Source: Haliotis cracherodii (lineage: Eukaryota). Taken from it: a DNA stretch of 64,000 nt. The notes under the pieces are model-generated. The model searched no databases. It saw only the letters and a list, made by a program, of their open reading frames with translations, and had not been told where the DNA came from. Every line of letters starts with the position of its first letter. Position 1 is the stretch's first letter. The stretch lies in assembly GCF_022045235.1 (NCBI RefSeq), contig NW_027266286.1, positions 18,600,001-18,664,000 on the forward strand. Reading direction: 5' to 3'. The position numbers and the translations under genes are program-made. Positions 39,601-53,215 of the stretch are shown here, in pieces.

Positions 39601-40135
39601 TAATATTCAGCATTGCATTATATTCACCTCAATAGTTGTAAATGTACATAAAATATGGTTTAGGTAGATCAGTTATTACAAATGATAGTATTTGTAAAAA
39701 TCCAGAGTAGTATATTCTTAATAGCAAGTATATTCTGAACTAAGAGAAGAATCTCACAAGAAAAAGGATCTAAACGGAAGGAAAGCTAAAAGTACATACT
39801 ATGCGTTTTCCAATTACTGCAAAAACTATTCAGAGCAAGGAAGGCCATAGAAAGCAATTCTTTTGAGTACTTAACATAATCTTTCAGGGACATGTCCGTC
39901 CGATAGGCGTAAACGTAATTGTTTGTAGTGGTGACGCGCTAAATTGATTCAACAACTTGTGGCTGTTTAATGGGCAGATTGTGTCCAAGTAGATGTTTGG
40001 GTCTTACAATTAACGCTTATGTAAACTCTGTACCCCCTAAGCATTGCAGATTAATTCCACTGTGTTTTCTACTGTGAGGCATTTATAGCCAATATCGAAA
40101 AAACATATCTCCACTTTCGAACATTTTGAATCTGA

Positions 40136-40467
40136 GGTGAGGTGAAATTGGGTTTTTAACGTCGCGTCCAAGATTATTGCACTTATATAGCGACGTGCAT
40201 GTACGTGTGTGTGTGGCTGCTTGTACTAGTCCGGACTGATGCCGATGTATAGTACTAGCCCACTGAGATACCATGTCGCAGTTTAACATGAATACCCCAC
40301 TCACACACAGTATACTGACTCCGAGCCGACCAGTCCTTGTTTTAGCCCTTTAATGCCGAGCGCCAGACAGGGTAACAACAAGTACCATCTTTTACCGTCT
40401 TTTGGTATGACGCGGTCGAGGATCGAACCCCGGATCTTCGCTCTACCACTAGACCACGGAGGCGGTC
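40136..40467 (-). mobile_element. SINE family C with TSD
   Basis: TSD CATTTT(G/A)AATCTGA. Confidence 0.88.
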
Positions 40468-41159
40468 ATTTTAAATCTGAAACGGGAAAAGGGAAATGCA
40501 CCACGATTAATGCAATTATTATATATCGTTTCAATTTGTTATAACATAGAAAAGACATATTTCTTATGTTTGAAGCAGAATTTGACATGTCAAACCCTAT
40601 GTTCAGTAATGCAAATGAGTTTTATGTGTACTTATTGCAAACTTATTGGCATAATACCCATCATGAGTTGCCGTCATCTTGAACGGGTACAGACACAAGT
40701 GTAAACACTACTTTCCCAGCCTATTCCAAACCTTTCAGGAAAGTATTATGATTGGAAGTAACATTAAAACAGTAAGAAATAAATGGAAAGTGGTGCATCG
40801 ATGTATATATACGTATATATACGATATATTCCAAACCCAAACTAGTCCACTTTTATATGGAGTGATTACTTTGATAGGATGCCGATACGGTACCTATTCT
40901 AACCTGCTGGCTACAAATGGTGATTCAAGTGGTACTTGATTGACCTCAACGTCATCAGCTTAGGTTCGCACGCTGCGTCATAATAGTTAACATCAAGCAA
41001 AATGACTTTGAGAACATGGCGCCGTTAAAAAAGCGAAAATGTTTATATCAGTTTTTTTCGCACGTCTTCTACTTCCGTCGACTTACCGGACGAAGAGATA
41101 GGATGTGGTAGCCCTTGAGACACGAACATGATTAACTCATTGATAAATTGGCATTAGGA

Positions 41160-41325
41160 TCTGGGTGGCCTAATCGCCCAAGGCGTTGTAATTCTCTGTG
41201 CAGAGTTGCATTCATTAGACGTCAGTGTAGGGTCGAATCCCAGCTCGCCCCGATTCTGTTCCTAGATTAGCTAGCATAAAATCTTTTGGGGTTTCCTCCA
41301 ACAATGAAGCGTCGTTAAACCTAAC
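41160..41325 (+). mobile_element. Degenerate SINE related to family B
   Basis: GGGTGGCCTAATCGCCCAAGGCG...GGTCGAATCCC...CGTTAAACC. Confidence 0.55.
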
Positions 41326-41449
41326 ACAAATCTGTTTTACTGTTCGACAGGCTTGTACTCGCCACATTAATCATTGTGCCAGTCGGTCCCTCGTGCTACA
41401 CTGAAGCTGGTGTTCCATGCACTAGTTGGTTATCCTACGGGACCGGTAT

Positions 41450-43360
41450 GTTAGTTAACCGCAAGGTGATAGATATGTTGGTCAACTTTATACATGTATG
41501 GACTGAGATAGCTTCAAAGGGATGGCAGTGTGATTGGATTGTTAGTTAACTCACATAGTCTCAAGGTGATGGCAAGGTCATAGATATGTTAATTAATTTT
41601 GTGTATTAAACTCACATAGTCTCAAGGGGATGGCAAGGTCATAGATATGTTGGTTAATTTTGTGTATAGAACTCACAATGTCTCAAGGGACTGGCAACGT
41701 CATAGATATGTTGGTTAATTTTGTGTTTGGAACTCACATAGTCTCAAGGGAATGGCAAGGTCATAGATATATTGGTTAATTTTGTGAATTGAACTTACAT
41801 AGTCTCAAGGGAACGGCAAAGTCATAGAAATGTTGGTTAATTTGGAGTATAGAACTTACATAGTCTCAAGGGAATGGCAAGGTCATAGATATGTTGGTTA
41901 ATGTTGTGTAATGAACTCACATAGTCTCAAAGGAATGGCAAGGTCATAGATATGTTGGTTAATTTTGTGCATTGAACTCACAATGTCTCAAGGGAATGGG
42001 AAGGTCATAGAAATGTTGGTTAATTTTGTGTATGGAACTCACATAGTCTCAAGGGAATGGCAAGGTCATAGGTATGTTGGTTAATTTTGTGCATTGAACT
42101 CACAATGTCTCAAGGGAATGGCAAGGTCATAGATATGTTGGTTAATTTTATGTTTGGAACTCACATAGTCTCAAAGGAATGGCAAGGTCATAGATATGTT
42201 GGTTAATTTTGTGCATTGAACTCACAATGTCTCAAAGGAATGGCAAGTCATAGATATGTTGGTTAATTTTGTGTAAAGAACTGACATAGTCTCAAGGGAA
42301 TGGCAAGGTCATAGATATGTTGGTTAATTTTGTGCATTGAACTCACAATGTCTCAAGGGAATGGCAAGGTGATAGATATGTTGGTTAATTTTGTGTAATG
42401 AACTCACAATGTCTCAAGGGAATGGCAAAGTCATAGAAATGTTGGTTTATTTTGTGTATGGAACTGGCATAGTCTCAAGGGAATAGCAAGGTCATAGATA
42501 TGTTGGTTAATTTTGTGCATTGAACTCACAATGTCTCAAGGGAATGGCAAGGTCATAGATATGTTGGTTAATTTTATGTTTGGAACTCACATAGTCTCAA
42601 GGGAATGGCAAGGTCATAGATATGTTGGTTAATTTTGTGCATTGAACTCACAATGTCTCAAAGGAATGGCAAGTCATAGATATGTTGGTTAATTTTGTGT
42701 AAAGAACTGACATAGTCTCAAGGGAATGGCAAGGTCATAGATATGTTGGTTAATTTTGTGCATTGAACTCACAATGTCTCAAGGGAATGGCAAGGTGATA
42801 GATATGTTGGTTAATTTTGTGTAATGAACTCACAATGTCTCAAGGGACTGGCAAAGTCATAGAAATGTTGGTTTATTTTGTGTATGGAACTGGCATAGTC
42901 TCAAGGGAATGGCAAGGTCATAGATATGTTGGTTAATTTTGTGCATTGAACTCACAATGTCTCAAGGGAATGGCAAAGTGTTAGATATGTTGGTTAATTT
43001 TGTGTATGGAACTCACAATGTCTCAAGGGAATGGCAAGGTCATAGATATGTCGGTTAATTTTGTGTAATGAACTCACAATGTCTCAAGGGAATGGCAAGG
43101 TCATAGATATGTTGGTTAATTTTGTGTATGGAACTCACAATGTCTCAAGGGAATGGCAAGGTCATAGATATGTCGGTTAATTTTGTGAATTGAACTCACA
43201 TAGTCTCAAAGGAATGGCAAGGTCATAGATATATTGGTTAATTTTGTGAATTGCACACACATAGTCTCTAGGGAATGGCAAGGTCATAGATATATTGGTT
43301 AATTTTGTGTATTGAACCCACATAGTCTCAAGGGAATGGCAAGGTCATAGATATGTTGGT
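41450..43360. repeat. 61-bp minisatellite, ~30 copies
   Basis: Unit AACTCACATAGTCTCAAGGGAATGGCAAGGTCATAGATATGTTGGTTAATTTTGTGTATGG. Confidence 0.95.
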
Positions 43361-43459
43361 TTGCCGTCTCTGGTAAACTCATTTGGTATTAAGGGAGCAC
43401 AGGGCGATGGATGTACTTGTTCAGTCTATGTCTTTTTTTTATATTTCAGATTGTACGTT

Positions 43460-43768
43460 ATGGTATCTGAGACACTACTTCTGTTGTTGGCTGTGACCAT
43501 GGCCGCGTTGTCCGACAAGATATGCACGGACGTGGGCAACCTACCATTCCAGAACAACTCGCGCCTCACCCACCACACCTTCCTGTCCATGCACATGTCA
43601 AGTGTTATGATATGTGCCCGGGCTTGCATAAACAGGGGGCGCTGCAAGTCCTTCAACTTCGAACTCTCGTACCGGTCCTGTGAGCTGAACCAGGCCAACT
43701 ACGCCGAGACGGGCGCCCTCAGTAATGACGATTCGTGGGTGTATTATGACATTGCAGGATTCCCTCAG
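43460..43768 (+). CDS. Secreted PAN/Apple + WSC-like Cys-rich protein, coding exon 1 (signal peptide + PAN/Apple domain)
   Basis: MVSETLLLLLAVTMAALS signal-like N-terminus; PAN pattern 'CARAC....CKSFNF.....CELN...WVYY'; acceptor TTTCAG at 43449 just upstream; donor CAG|GTAACA, phase 0. Confidence 0.85.
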
Positions 43769-43869
43769 GTAACATATAATATGATAATGATATAATATTG
43801 TCCACCAAGTCATACAACACGCTCGTTAATACACACACTGTTAAAAAGTACACCTTGTTAAAAAGAAGC

Positions 43870-46800
43870 CATGTAGTACAACACCCAAGTTAATTCAGTA
43901 CACAAGGTAATACAGCACGCAAGTTAATACAGTACACAAGGTAGTATAGCACATCAGGTAACAAACCATATCAAGTAACACAGCACATCAGGTAGAACAT
44001 CACACCAGGGAATATAGCACACAAGGTAATACAACACGCCAGGTAATACAACACGTCATTCAATACAACACAATGTATACAGCACACACGGTAATAAAGC
44101 ACACAAGATAATATAGTACACAAGGTAATACAGTACATCATGTAATGCAGCACACCAGGTAATACAGCACACCAGGTAATAAAGCACACCAGGTAATACA
44201 GCACACAAGGCAATACAGTACATCATGTAATGCAGCACATCAGGTAATACAGCACACCAGGTAATAAAGCACACCAGGTAATACAGCACACAAGGTAATA
44301 CAGTACATCTTGTAATGCAGCACACAAGGTAGTACAGCACACAAGATAATATAGTACACAAGGTAATACAGTACATCATGTAATGCAGCACACCAGGTAA
44401 TACAGCACACCAGGTAATAAAGCACACCAGGTAATACAGCACACCAGGTAATAAAGCACACCAGGTAATACAGCACACAAGGTAGTACAGCACACAAGGT
44501 AGTACAGCACACCAGGTAATACAGCTGATCAAGTAATACAGAGCACAAGGTAGTACAGCACACCAGGTAATACAGCATACAAGGTAATACAGGACACCAG
44601 GTAATACAGCACACAAGGTAATACAGCTGATCAGGTAATACATGTACAGCACATCATGTAATACAGCACACCAAGTCATACAGCAAACAAAGTAATACAG
44701 CACACCGGGTAAAAAAGCACAGCAGGAAATACAGCACTTTAGGTAACACAGCACATCAGGTAACACACTGCACCAGGTAATACAGCACACCAGGTAATAC
44801 AGCACACCAGATAATGATATAAGATTGTCCACCAAGTCATACAACACGCTCGTTAATACACACACTGTTTAAAAGAACACCATGTTTAAAAGAAGCCATG
44901 TAGTACAACACCCAAGTTAATTCAGTACACAAGGTAATACAGCACACAGGGTAATACAGTACACAAGGTAGTATAGCACATCAGGTAACAAACCATATCA
45001 AGTAACACAGCACATCAGGTAGAACATCACACCAGGGAATATAGCACGACTTGGTAATACAGTACACAAGGTGTATAGCACATCAGGTAACAAACCATAT
45101 CAAGTAACACAGCACATCAGGTAGAACATCACACCAGGGAATATAGCACGCTAGGTAATACAGTACACAAAGTGTATAGCACATCAGGTAACACACCATA
45201 TCAAGTAACACAGCACATCAGGTAGAACATCACACCAGGGAATATAGCACGCTAGGTAATACAGTACACAAGGTGTATAGCACATCAGGTAACAAACCAT
45301 ATCAAGTAACACAGCACATCAGGTAGAACATCACACCAGGGAATATAGCACGCTAGGTAATACAGTACACAAGGTGTATAGCACATCAGGTAACAAACCA
45401 TATCAAGTAACACAGCACATCAGGTAGAACATCACACCAGGGAATATAGCACGCTAGGTAATACAGTACACAAGGTAGTATAGCACATCAGGTAACAAAC
45501 CATATAGGGTAACACAGCACATCAGGTAGAACATCACACCAGGGAATATAGCACGCTAGGTAATACAGTACACAAGGTGTATAGCACATCAGGTAACAAA
45601 CCATATCAAGTAACACAGCACATCAGGTAGAACATCACACTAGGGAATATAGCACGCTAGGTAATACAGTACACAAGGTGTATAGCACATCAGGTAACAA
45701 ACCATATCAAGTAACACAGCACATCAGGTAGAACATCACACCAGGGAATATAGCACGCTAGGTAATACAGTACACAAGGTGTATAGCACATCAGGTAACA
45801 AACCATATAGGGTAACACAGCACATCAGGTAGAACATCACACCAGGGAATATAGCACGCAAGTTAATACAGTACACAAGGTAGTATAGCACATCAGGTAA
45901 CAAACCATATCAAGTAACACAGCACATCAGGTAGAACATCACACCAGGGAATATAGCACGCTAGGTAATACAGTACACAAGGTGTATAGCACATCAGGTA
46001 ACAAACCATATCAAGTAACACAGCACATCAGGTAGAACATCACACCAGGGAATATAGCACGCTAGGTAATACAGTACACAAGGTGTATAGCACATCAGGT
46101 AACAAACCATATCAAGTAACACAGCACATCAGGTAGAACATCACACCAGGGAATATAGCACGCTAGGTAATACAGTACACAAGGTGTATAGCACATCAGG
46201 TAACAAACCATATCAAGTAACACAGCACATCAGGTAGAACATCACACCAGGGAATATAGCACGCTAGGTAATACAGTACACAAGGTAGTATAGCACATCA
46301 GGTAACAAACCATATAGGGTAACACAGCACATCAGGTAGAACATCACACCAGGGAATATAGCACGCTAGGTAATACAGTACACAAGGTGTATAGCACATC
46401 AGGTAACAAACCATATCAAGTAACACAGCACATCAGGTAGAACATCACACCAGGGAATATAGCACGCTAGGTAATACAGTACACAAGGTGTATAGCACAT
46501 CAGGTAACAAACCATATCAAGTAACACAGCACATCAGGTAGAACATCACACCAGGGAATATAGCACGCTAGGTAATACAGTACACAAGGTGTATAGCACA
46601 TCAGGTAACAAACCATATAGGGTAACACAGCACATCAGGTAGAACATCACACCAGGGAATATAGCACGCAAGTTAATACAGTACACAAGGTAGTATAGCA
46701 CATCAGGTAACAAGCCATATCAAGTAACACAGCACATCAGGTAGAACATCACACCAGGGAATATAGCACGCTAGGTAATACAGTACACAAGGTGTATAGC

Positions 46801-48260
46801 ACATCAGGTAACAAACCATATCAAGTAACACAGCACATCAGGTAGAACATCACACCAGGGAATATAGCACGCTAGGTAATACAGTACACAAGGTGTATAG
46901 CACATCAGGTAACAAACCATATCAAGTAACACAGCACATCAGGTAGAACATCACACCAGGGAATATAGCACGCTAGGTAATACGGTACACAAGGTGTATA
47001 GCACATCAGGTAACAAACCATATCAAGTAACACAGCACATCAGGTAGAACATCACACCAGGGAATATAGCACGCTAGGTAATACAGTACACAAGGTAGTA
47101 TAGCACATCAGGTAACAAACCATATAGGGTAACACAGCACATCAGGTAGAACATCACACCAGGGAATATAGCACGCTAGGTAATACAGTACACAAGGTGT
47201 ATAGCACATCAGGTAACAAACCATATCAAGTAACACAGCACATCAGGTAGAACATCACACCAGGGAATATAGCACGCTAGGTAATACAGTACACAAGGTG
47301 TATAGCACATCAGGTAACAAACCATATCAAGTAACACAGCACATCAGGTAGAACATCACACCAGGGAATATAGCACGCTAGGTAATACAGTACACAAGGT
47401 AGTATAGCACATCAGGTAACAAACCATATAGGGTAACACAGCACATCAGGTAGAACATCACACCAGGGAATATAGCACGCTAGGTAATACAGTACACAAG
47501 GTAGTATAGCACATCAGGTAACAAACCATATAGGGTAACACAGCACATCAGGTAGAACATCACATCAGGGAATATAGCACGCTAGGTAATACAGTACACA
47601 AGGTAGTATAGCACATCAGGTAACAAACCATATCAAGTAACACAGCACATCAGGTAGAACATCACACCAGGGAATATAGCACGCTAGGTAATACAGTACA
47701 CAAGGTAGTATAGCACATCAGGTAACAAACCATATCAAGTAACACAGCACATCAGGTAGAACATCACACCAGGGAATATAGCACGCTAGGTAATACAGTA
47801 CACAAGGTGTATAGCACATCAGGTAACAAACCATATCAAGTAACACAGCACATCAGGTAGAACATCACACCAGGGAATATAGCACGCTAGGTAATACAGT
47901 ACACAAGGTGTATAGCACATCAGGTAACAAACCATATCAAGTAACACAGCACATCAGGTAGAACATCACACCAGGGAATATAGCACACAAGGTAATACAA
48001 CACATCAGGTAATACAACACGTCATTCAATACAACACACAATGTATACAGCACACAAGGTAATAAAGCGCACAAGATAATACAGTACACAAGGTACTACA
48101 GTACAGATAGATAATATTGCACAGCAGGTAGTACAGCACGCAAGGTAGTACAGCACACAAGCTAATTCAGCGCACCAGGTAATACAGCACATCACGCAAT
48201 ACAGCATATCATATAACACAGCACACCAAGTAATACATCACACCAGGCAAGACAAAACAT
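43870..48260. repeat. ~17-bp degenerate array containing a 101/102-bp higher-order repeat (~30 copies, 44940..47990)
   Basis: Monomer AGGTAATACAGCACACC; HOR period 45241 to 45342. Confidence 0.95.
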
Positions 48261-48435
48261 GAGAAAAACAGCAAAGCAGGCACTATCTCAGGCGAAGTAT
48301 TATAACCTACAGGATGATACGAAACTCAAGGCACTACACCATGCTAATACAGCGTAATAGGTACTATGAAACATCAGGCAATGCAGTTCGTTAGGTTATA
48401 AAGCACGCTAGATGATATAGCATGCCAGGAAATGA

Positions 48436-48600
48436 GTAAGTGAGTGAGTGAGTTTTACGCTGCGTTTAGCAATATTCCAGCAATATCACGACAGGGGACA
48501 CCGGGAAATGGGATTAACACATTGTACCCATGTGGGGAATCGAACCCGGGTCTTCAGCATGACGAGCCAACGCTCTAACCACTGGGCTACCCCACCGCCC
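48436..48600 (-). mobile_element. SINE family A with TSD
   Basis: TSD GCCAGGAAATGA at 48424..48435 and 48601..48612. Confidence 0.88.
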
Positions 48601-48723
48601 GCCAGGAAATGAAGCATGCTGGATAAAACGGTTCGTAATGACACACCAGACATGTTATTACAGCAAGGTATGATTTCCGTATCCATTGGAAAGTAATTTA
48701 TCCTTGATGTTCTGAAAATAACA

Positions 48724-48887
48724 TGGTGGTGACATAGCCAAGTGGTTAAAATGCTGGCTCATCATGCAAAATGAACTGGTTCGATTCCCCACATGGGTAC
48801 AATGTTTGAAACTTATTTCGCGTGTTTCCCGTCGCGATATTTCCAAAACCTATTGCCGAAAGCGGCATAAAATCATATTCCCTCACT
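48724..48887 (+). mobile_element. Degenerate SINE family A
   Basis: TAGCCAAGTGGTTAAA...GGTTCGATTCCCACATGGGTACAATGT. Confidence 0.7.
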
Positions 48888-49119
48888 TGAGTGAAAAGTC
48901 ATGAACCGTGTTGTCTGAGCGGACTCCTTTCTGTACAAATGTAGTGCTGATAGCAGACAATAAAAGCATGTTGAGGGCTAGTGCAGATTATGCCATGTTC
49001 CGCTCTGAACACAAATGTAGTATGTTGTGATCACTGCTGTCGTTAGTAATATGGTGTCAGTTTTCTCTTTTCTTGGGTGCCACAAAAATCAAGTTATATG
49101 TCCATGTTGTTTATTTCAG

Positions 49120-49249
49120 AAAGTGCGACAACAGTGCCAGGGTGTCACTTGTGGTTATAATGAGACGTGCGAGATTTCCTCGTCACTCCAACCAGCCTGT
49201 CACACATGCAGCATCGCAGCAGTCTGTGGAGTATGCTACCCTATCACAG
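49120..49249 (+). CDS. PAN/WSC-like protein, coding exon 2 (Cys-rich, FOLN/EGF-like spacing)
   Basis: Acceptor TTATTTCAG|, phase 0; KVRQQCQGVTCGYNETCEISSSLQPACHTCSIAAVCGVCYPIT; donor CAG|GTAGGT, phase 1; phases match both neighbours. Confidence 0.75.
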
Positions 49250-52200
49250 GTAGGTACACTGTAGACCATGCTTCGCTACCACAGGTAGGTACACTGTACA
49301 CCATGCTTCGCTACCACAGGTAGGTACACTGTACACCATGATTCGCTACCACAGGTAGTTACACTGTACACCATGCTACCCTACCACAGGTAGGTACACT
49401 GTACACCTTGCTACCCTACCACAGGTAGGTACACTGTAGACCATGCTTCGCTACCACAGGTAGGTACACTGTAGACCATGCTTCGCTACCACAGGTAGGT
49501 ACACTGTACACCATGCAACCCCACCACAGGTAGGTACACTGTACACCATGCTACTCTACCACAGGTAGGTACACTGTACACCATGCTACCCTACCACAGG
49601 TAGGTACACTGTACACCATGCTACCCTACCACAGGTAGGTACACTGTACACCATGCTACCCTACCACAGGTAGGTACACTGTACACCATGCTTCGCTACC
49701 ACAGGTAGTTACACTGTACACCATGCTACTCTACCACAGGTAGGTACACTGTACACCATGCTACCCTACCACAGGTAGGTACACTGTACACCATGCTACC
49801 CTACCACAGGTAGGTACACTGTACACCATGCTACCCTACCACAGGTAGGTACACTGTACACCATGCTTCGCTACCACAGGTAGGTACACTGTACACAATG
49901 CTACCCTACCACAGGTAGGTACACTGTACACCATGCTACTCTACCACAAGTAGGTACACTGTAGACCATGCTACTCTACCACAAGTAGGTACACTGTAGA
50001 CCATGCATCGCTACCACAGGTAGGTACACTGTAGACCATGCATCGCTACCACAGGTAGGTACACTGAAGACCATGCTTCGCTACCACAGGTAGGTACACT
50101 GTAGACCATGCTTCGCTACTACAGGTAGGTACACTGTAAACCATGCTTCGCTACCACAGGTAGGTACACTGTAGACCATGCTTCGCTACCACAGGTAGGT
50201 ACACTGTAGACCATTCTTCGCTACCACAGGTAGGTACACTGTAGACCATGCTACCCTACCACACGTAGGTACACTGTACACCATGCTACTCTACCACAGG
50301 TAGGTACACTGTACACCATGCTACTCTACCACAGGTAGTTACACTGTACACCATGCAACCCCACCACAGGTAGGTACACTGTACACCATGCTACCCTACC
50401 ACAGGTAGGTACACTGTAGACAATGCTTCGCTACCACAGGTAGGTACACTGTTGACAATGCTACTCTACCACAGGTAGGTACACTGTACACCATGCTACT
50501 CTACCACAGGTAGGTACACTGTACACCATGCTACCCTCCCACAGGTAGGTACACTGTAGACCATGCTACCCCACCACAGGTAGGTACACTGTACACCATG
50601 CTACTCTACCACAGGTAGGCACACTGTACACCATGCTTCGCTACCACAGGTACGTACACTGTAGACCATGCTACTCTACCACAGGTAGGTACACTGTACA
50701 CCATTCTACTCTACCACAGGTAGTTACACTGTACACCATGCAACTGCACCACAGGTAGGTACACTGTACACCATGCTACCCTACCACAGGTAGGTACACT
50801 GTAGACAATGCTTCGCTACCACAGGTAGGTACACTGTTGACAATGCTACTCTACCACAGGTAGGTACACTGTACACCATGCTACTCTACCACAGGTAGGT
50901 ACACTGTACACCATGCTACTCTACCACAGGTAGTTACACTGTACACCATGCAACTGCACCACAGGTATGTACACTGTACACCATGCTACCCTACCACAGG
51001 TAGGTACACTGTACACCATGCTTCGCTACCACAGGTAGGTACACTGTTGACAATGCTACTCTACCACAGGTAGGTACACTGTACACCATGCTACTCTACC
51101 ACAGGTAGGTACACTGTACACCATGCTACCCTACCACAGGTAGGTACACTGTAGACCATGCTACTCTACCACAGGTAGGCACACTGTACACCATGCTACT
51201 CTACCACAGGTAGGTACACTGTACACCATGCTACCCTACCACAGGTAGGTACACTTTAGGCCATGCTTCGCTACCACAGGTAGGTACACTGTACACCATG
51301 CTTCGTTACCACAGGTAGGTACACTGTAGACCATGCTTCGCTACCTCAGGTAGGTACACTGTACACCATGCTTCGCTACCACAGGTAGGTACACTGTACA
51401 CCATGCTTCGCTACCACAGGTAGGTACACTGTACACCATGCTACCCTACCACAGGTAGGTACACCGTACACCATGCTACCCTACCACAGGTAGGTACACT
51501 GTAGACCATGCTTCGCTACCACAGGTAGGTACACTGTACACCATGCTTCGCTACCACAGGTAGGTACACTGTACACCATGCTACCCTACCACAGGTAGGT
51601 ACACTGTAGACAATGCTACTCTACCACACGTAGGTACACTGTACACCATGCTACCCTACCACAGGTAGGTACACTGTACACCATGCTTCCTTACCTCAGG
51701 TAGGTACACTGTACACCATGCTACTCTACCACAGGTAGGTACACTGTACACCATGTTACTCTACCACAGATAGGTACACTGTACACCATGCTTCGCTACC
51801 ACAGGTAGGTACACAGTAGACCATGCTTCGATACCACAGGTAGGTACACAGTAGACCATGCTTCGCTACCACAGGTAGGTACACTGTACACCATGCTACC
51901 CTACCACAGGTAGGTACACTGTAGACAATGCTACCCCACCTCAGGTAGGTACACTGTGGGTGATAGGCTACACGAGCACAGGTAGGTACAATGTGGATGA
52001 TAGGCTACACGAGCACAGGTAGGTACACTGTGGGTGATAGGCTACACGAACACAGGTAGGTACACTTTGGATGATAGGCTACACGAGCACAGGTAGTTAC
52101 ACTGTGGATGATAGGCTACACGAGCACAGGTAGTTACACTGTGGATGATAGGCTACACGAGCACAGGTAGGTACAATGTGGATGATAGGCTACACGAACA

Positions 52201-52570
52201 CAGGTAGGTACAATGTGGATGATAGGCTACACGAACACAGGTAGGTACACTGTGGGTGATAGGCTACACGAGCACAGGTAGGTACAATGTGGATGATAGG
52301 CTACACGAACACAGGTAGGTACAATGTGGATGATAGGCTACACGAACACAGGTAGGTACACTGTGGACGATAGGCTACATGAACACAGGTAGGTACACTG
52401 TGGATGCTAGGCTACATGAACACAGGTAGTTACACTGTTGATGCTAGGTTACATGAACACAGGTAGGTACACTGTGGATGCTAGGCTACATGAACACAGG
52501 TAGTTACACTGTGGATGCTAGGTTACACGAACACAGGTAGGTACACTGTGGGTGATGTGCTACACGAACA
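49233..52570. repeat. 35-bp array (~77 copies, to ~51955) followed by a related 37-bp array (~17 copies)
   Basis: Units CACAGGTAGGTACACTGTACACCATGCTACCCTAC and CACAGGTAGGTACACTGTGGATGATAGGCTACACGAG. Confidence 0.95.
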
Positions 52571-52904
52571 CAAAGACAATGAAGAGTAGTCTACCCTACA
52601 AAAGATATAGACAATATCGAATATAGACAATGGCAAACAATACCAGTCACATGCTGTGATACACTAGTGTAGAGTGACCGACCACAGGTAGGAACACACT
52701 ATGTGTTACCCTACAGTGTACTGATGGGCGAGTGATGACTGTGTTTGTCGGCGACACAAGGTATTGCATGGCTGGTGACAACAGTAAGTGTACTACGTTC
52801 TACAGCTGTAGAACTATCATCAGGTGACACCTTGTCATCAGTAAAACACCTTGTTATAACACAATATACCCGGCAGGTTAATTCATTTATTCCCCTTTGT
52901 TTAG

Positions 52905-53215
52905 AGGTCGCAGGGAGGCGATACCGATCCTACGGCTGCTTCAAGTCAGCAGGCGGAAATGTCCTGCCAGAACTCCTTGTCAACCTGCGAAACGGCCTTG
53001 ACTGGAATGATCTCACCAAGACGCTGGATGCTTGTGCGCTTGCATCTGCCTCGACGAACAGGGAGTTTTTCGGGATACAGTTCTGGGCTGAATGCTACAT
53101 TGGGAATGCCACCGAGGCCAACTTCCAGACCCCTGTGACCATCAGCGCATGCGCAGATGTGTGCCCGAGTTCTGTTGCTGACGGTTCCTCTACACAGGTG
53201 TATCAGTGGATATAG
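52905..53215 (+). CDS. PAN/WSC-like protein, coding exon 3 (WSC-like domain, stop)
   Basis: Acceptor CCCCTTTGTTTAG|, phase 1; 'YRSYGCF...LDW...C...FFGIQFWAECYIG...C...C...VY'; TAG 53213..53215; spliced total 750 nt = 249 aa. Confidence 0.8.

Noticed and set aside
41450-52570. Regular arrays resembling CRISPR
   Set aside because: Head-to-tail units with no unique spacers, no cas genes, eukaryotic context
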